The translations under genes and the position numbers were made by a program. Positions 61,801-64,000 of a stretch of 64,000 nt of DNA are shown in pieces (position 1 is the first letter of the stretch; every line of letters starts with the position of its first letter). The notes beneath the pieces were generated by a model. It saw nothing but the letters and a program-made list of their open reading frames with translations. It had not been told where the DNA came from and made no database searches. The stretch comes from Naegleria gruberi (taxonomy: Eukaryota), in NCBI GenBank assembly GCA_000004985.1, contig GG738907.1, one strand, 5' to 3'.

Positions 61801-61899
61801 ATTTTATGAAAATAGTTTGAACTGTTTCTAAACTATTGTAGATGTATTTAATTGATGTATAGGCTATGTGATATCAATTCCAGACTGATTGTACGTGCA

Positions 61900-63300
61900 A
61901 TGAGTGAGTTGGAGTATAATCTATGACATCATGCCAAATTTCTATAGTAAATTGATAGAGTTGATATCTCACTATCTACTGAACCAATATTCATGAAATT
62001 GATACCATATGTTAATTAGAGTATCTACATATCATGATATCAATTTCAGTGAAAATGGAGTTGTTTCTGTACCTTTCAGATTTCCATCCATTCTCTTGAA
62101 ATATCACCATGTACTATCTACTGAATGCATTTCTTGAAATGAAATTATATAATTTGATGAAAGTCCACTTTATTTGAGATGTAGAACACGATATTATCAT
62201 TTATTTTGAGATTGGTAATTCTTCCTATAGTATCATCCTTATTATCTTAATTGACTAAAAGAGGTCAAGGAGATATTTCAAAACATAAAATAAATTATAT
62301 TTTCGAGATGTACTATCGATTTCCAATCGATTGATATGTATTTTGTTGATTGAGGATTTGGTTCTCTATATTCAAGATTTCCTACTGCTTCCAAGTCAAC
62401 CTTGATATTTCACCCTTTACCTTACTGAAAGATGGAATGTTCACCAAAACGTCTGAAATTTGAATCATATACAGTATTTGAGATGTTGAACATAATGGTA
62501 ATGTTTCATAGAGTGGTCATTTTCCAGATTTTCATGCATGTCCATAGTTGACTAGTTGGTATGATAGAGTTGAAATCATGAACATGAAAGTGAAAATAAA
62601 CTTAATATTCTATCTCCACTCATCGAATGGAGCATTTTCATGTATATTTTGTTGATTGAAGTGATGTATTTGATAGAGTTGGTCTGACTTGTCTTTTCTT
62701 AAAGTCAACCATAATATATCAACATTTACCTTCCCATGGTACCATTTCTGATTTTTATGATATGAAATTGAATTCTACATCATTATATATCATCTAAATC
62801 ATGTTGGTAAAGTTTTAATAGGTGGTCTTTTTTCAAGATTTCATCCTTTTCATCATAGTTGACTATGTGTGGTTGAGGGAAGAAATCTTTAAATATGAAA
62901 GTGAAAATAAATTTGATATTCGATGTTTACTCATCAAATGGAACATTTTCATATCAGGATTCAATATGTTTTGATGAGAAACTCAAAAGTTATTGTTGAC
63001 CTATTTTACCTCACATCTTCCCTTTTCTCTCTATACTTTTATATCTACAGACATGAAATTTTGAAATTTTATATGAAAGTGATTATGAATGTTGTTAACG
63101 ATGATATAGACTATATAATCTCATTAAAGGATTTTGAAATTAACATTCTTCCTATAGTTTCATTTTAGAAATTTTAATCTGACATTATTTACAAAGTTAA
63201 TATTTTATAAATTGAAAAACTAAATATACCACGTTATTCTACTCATCATTTCCAATCGAATGATATATAATTTAATGATATTTGAATAAGTTTATAATTT
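61900..63300. repeat. degenerate tandem subtelomeric satellite with a unit of about 310 bp, at least four copies
   Basis: Motifs recur with a 306-314-nt period. atgaaagtgaaaataaa appears at 62584 and 62896. catagttgact appears at 62543 and 62857. tcatcgaatggagcattttcat at 62620 recurs as tcatcaaatggaacattttcat at 62931. tttccaatcgattgatatgta at 62319 recurs at 63250. The gagatg-containing motif recurs around 60990, 61295, 61570, 61741, 62170 and 62475. The region has no coding capacity. Confidence 0.55.
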
Positions 63301-63358
63301 TGGGCTAGGGTTTGAAGGTTGGGTTTAGAAGAATTCTATTTTTAGGTTGGGTTTGGTT
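63301..63358 (+). repeat. degenerate telomere-like relic (GGGTTT/TAGGGTTT variants) proximal to the terminal array
   Basis: The sequence is tgggctagggtttgaaggttgggtttagaag...ttaggttgggtttggtt. A similar relic at 60189..60245 reads ggttgacccagggttttggttggtttgggtttggttaggatt. Confidence 0.5.
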
Positions 63359-63610
63359 ATCGTTTCGTACTCATTGGATCTTCATTATTATTGAAATACA
63401 TAATCAATGATATACATCATTAAATAGGTTACAATCTCAGCTATCCAGTGGGCTATAGATTGTGTATAGTTTCTTATCTAATTATTGAGATAATCAGCAA
63501 TTCCTCCCTCAATATATTGCGATTTTACTATTCCTAGGGAAAGGTAAAAGAATGATCAGAAATTGATCAATAAAAAATATATGTCATACTAGAGATGATT
63601 TGCTATCGAT

Positions 63611-64000
63611 TGGTGTGGGTTTGGGTTTGGGTTTGGGTTTGGGTTTGGGTTTGGGTTTGGGTTTGGGTTTGGGTTTGGGTTTGGGTTTGGGTTTGGGTTT
63701 GGGTTTGGGTTTGGGTTTGGGTTTGGGTTTGGGTTTGGGTTTGGGTTTGGGTTTGGGTTTGGGTTTGGGTTTGGGTTTGGGTTTGGGTTTGGGTTTGGGT
63801 TTGGGTTTGGGTTTGGGTTTGGGTTTGGGTGGGTTTGGGTTTGGGTTTGGGTTTGGGTTTGGGTTTGGGTTTGGGTTTGGGTTTGGGTTTGGGTTTGGGT
63901 TTGGGTTTGGGTTGGGTTTGGGTTTGGGTTTGGGTTTGGGTTTGGGTTTGGGTTTGGGTTTGGGTTTGGGTTTGGGCTCTGGGTTTGGGTTTGGGTTTGG
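63611..64000 (+). repeat. terminal telomeric array (GGGTTT)n, equivalent to (TTTGGG)n, of about 63 units. It runs to the window end.
   Basis: Near-perfect hexamer repeats start at tggtgtgggtttggg (63611). The G-rich strand is written 5'->3' toward the window end, as expected for a right-hand chromosome terminus. Rare variants occur: gggtgggttt at about 63829, gggttgggttt at about 63908 and gggctctgggttt at about 63975. Confidence 0.9.

Noticed and set aside
60300-63600. Considered a CRISPR-like or prokaryotic repeat array
   Set aside because: The units are about 310 bp, degenerate and AT-rich, with no short uniform repeat and spacer organisation. The whole window is eukaryotic, with introns and a telomere.

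Overview
This window reads as an AT-rich eukaryotic chromosome end, not prokaryotic DNA. There are no CRISPR arrays or operons.

Positions 1 to about 59000 are gene-dense, roughly one gene per 2.5 kb on both strands. Genes carry very short spliceosomal introns of about 37-137 nt. Donors are GTAAGT or GTATGT and acceptors are (T/A/C)AG. Coding regions are rich in poly-N, S/T and K/E low-complexity tracts.

This is followed by a gene-free AT-rich subtelomeric block from about 58.9 to 63.6 kb. It contains a degenerate tandem satellite of about 310 bp and telomere-like interstitial relics. The window then ends in a near-perfect (GGGTTT)n telomeric array from 63611 to 64000, with the G-rich strand running 5'->3' toward the end.

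The genes I can support from the sequence include:
- a DUF2439 (ZGRF1/Mte1 N-terminal)-like protein, 3' part beyond the window start
- two tenascin-type EGF-repeat type-I surface proteins, one of which carries NHL repeats
- an LRAT/H-rev107-like protein
- a secreted class-A beta-lactamase-like protein
- ACMSD (five exons)
- a cathepsin-B-like protease (six exons)
- an intronless DUF262 (ParB-like/GmrSD N-terminal) nuclease-family gene with an apparent frameshift
- an F-box protein with a P-loop-less Ras-like C-terminal domain and a CaaX box
- a THEM6-like thioesterase
- a RasGEF
- a septin/AIG1-like P-loop GTPase
- a RimK-type ATP-grasp ligase
- a GPI-anchored secreted protein, with a decayed paralog fragment and an MFS-transporter pseudogene fragment next to it
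- a protein of about 1900 aa with SF2-helicase motifs II to VI but no visible Walker A
- an RCC1-Kelch-fibrinogen-like fusion protein
- tRNA-Lys(CTT)
- a sphingomyelin-synthase-like gene

The lineage is uncertain. Poly-N tracts, GTAAGT introns and the gene repertoire are amoebozoan (dictyostelid)-like, but I cannot confirm this without a search. Exon coordinates were derived by hand and may be off by 1-2 nt.
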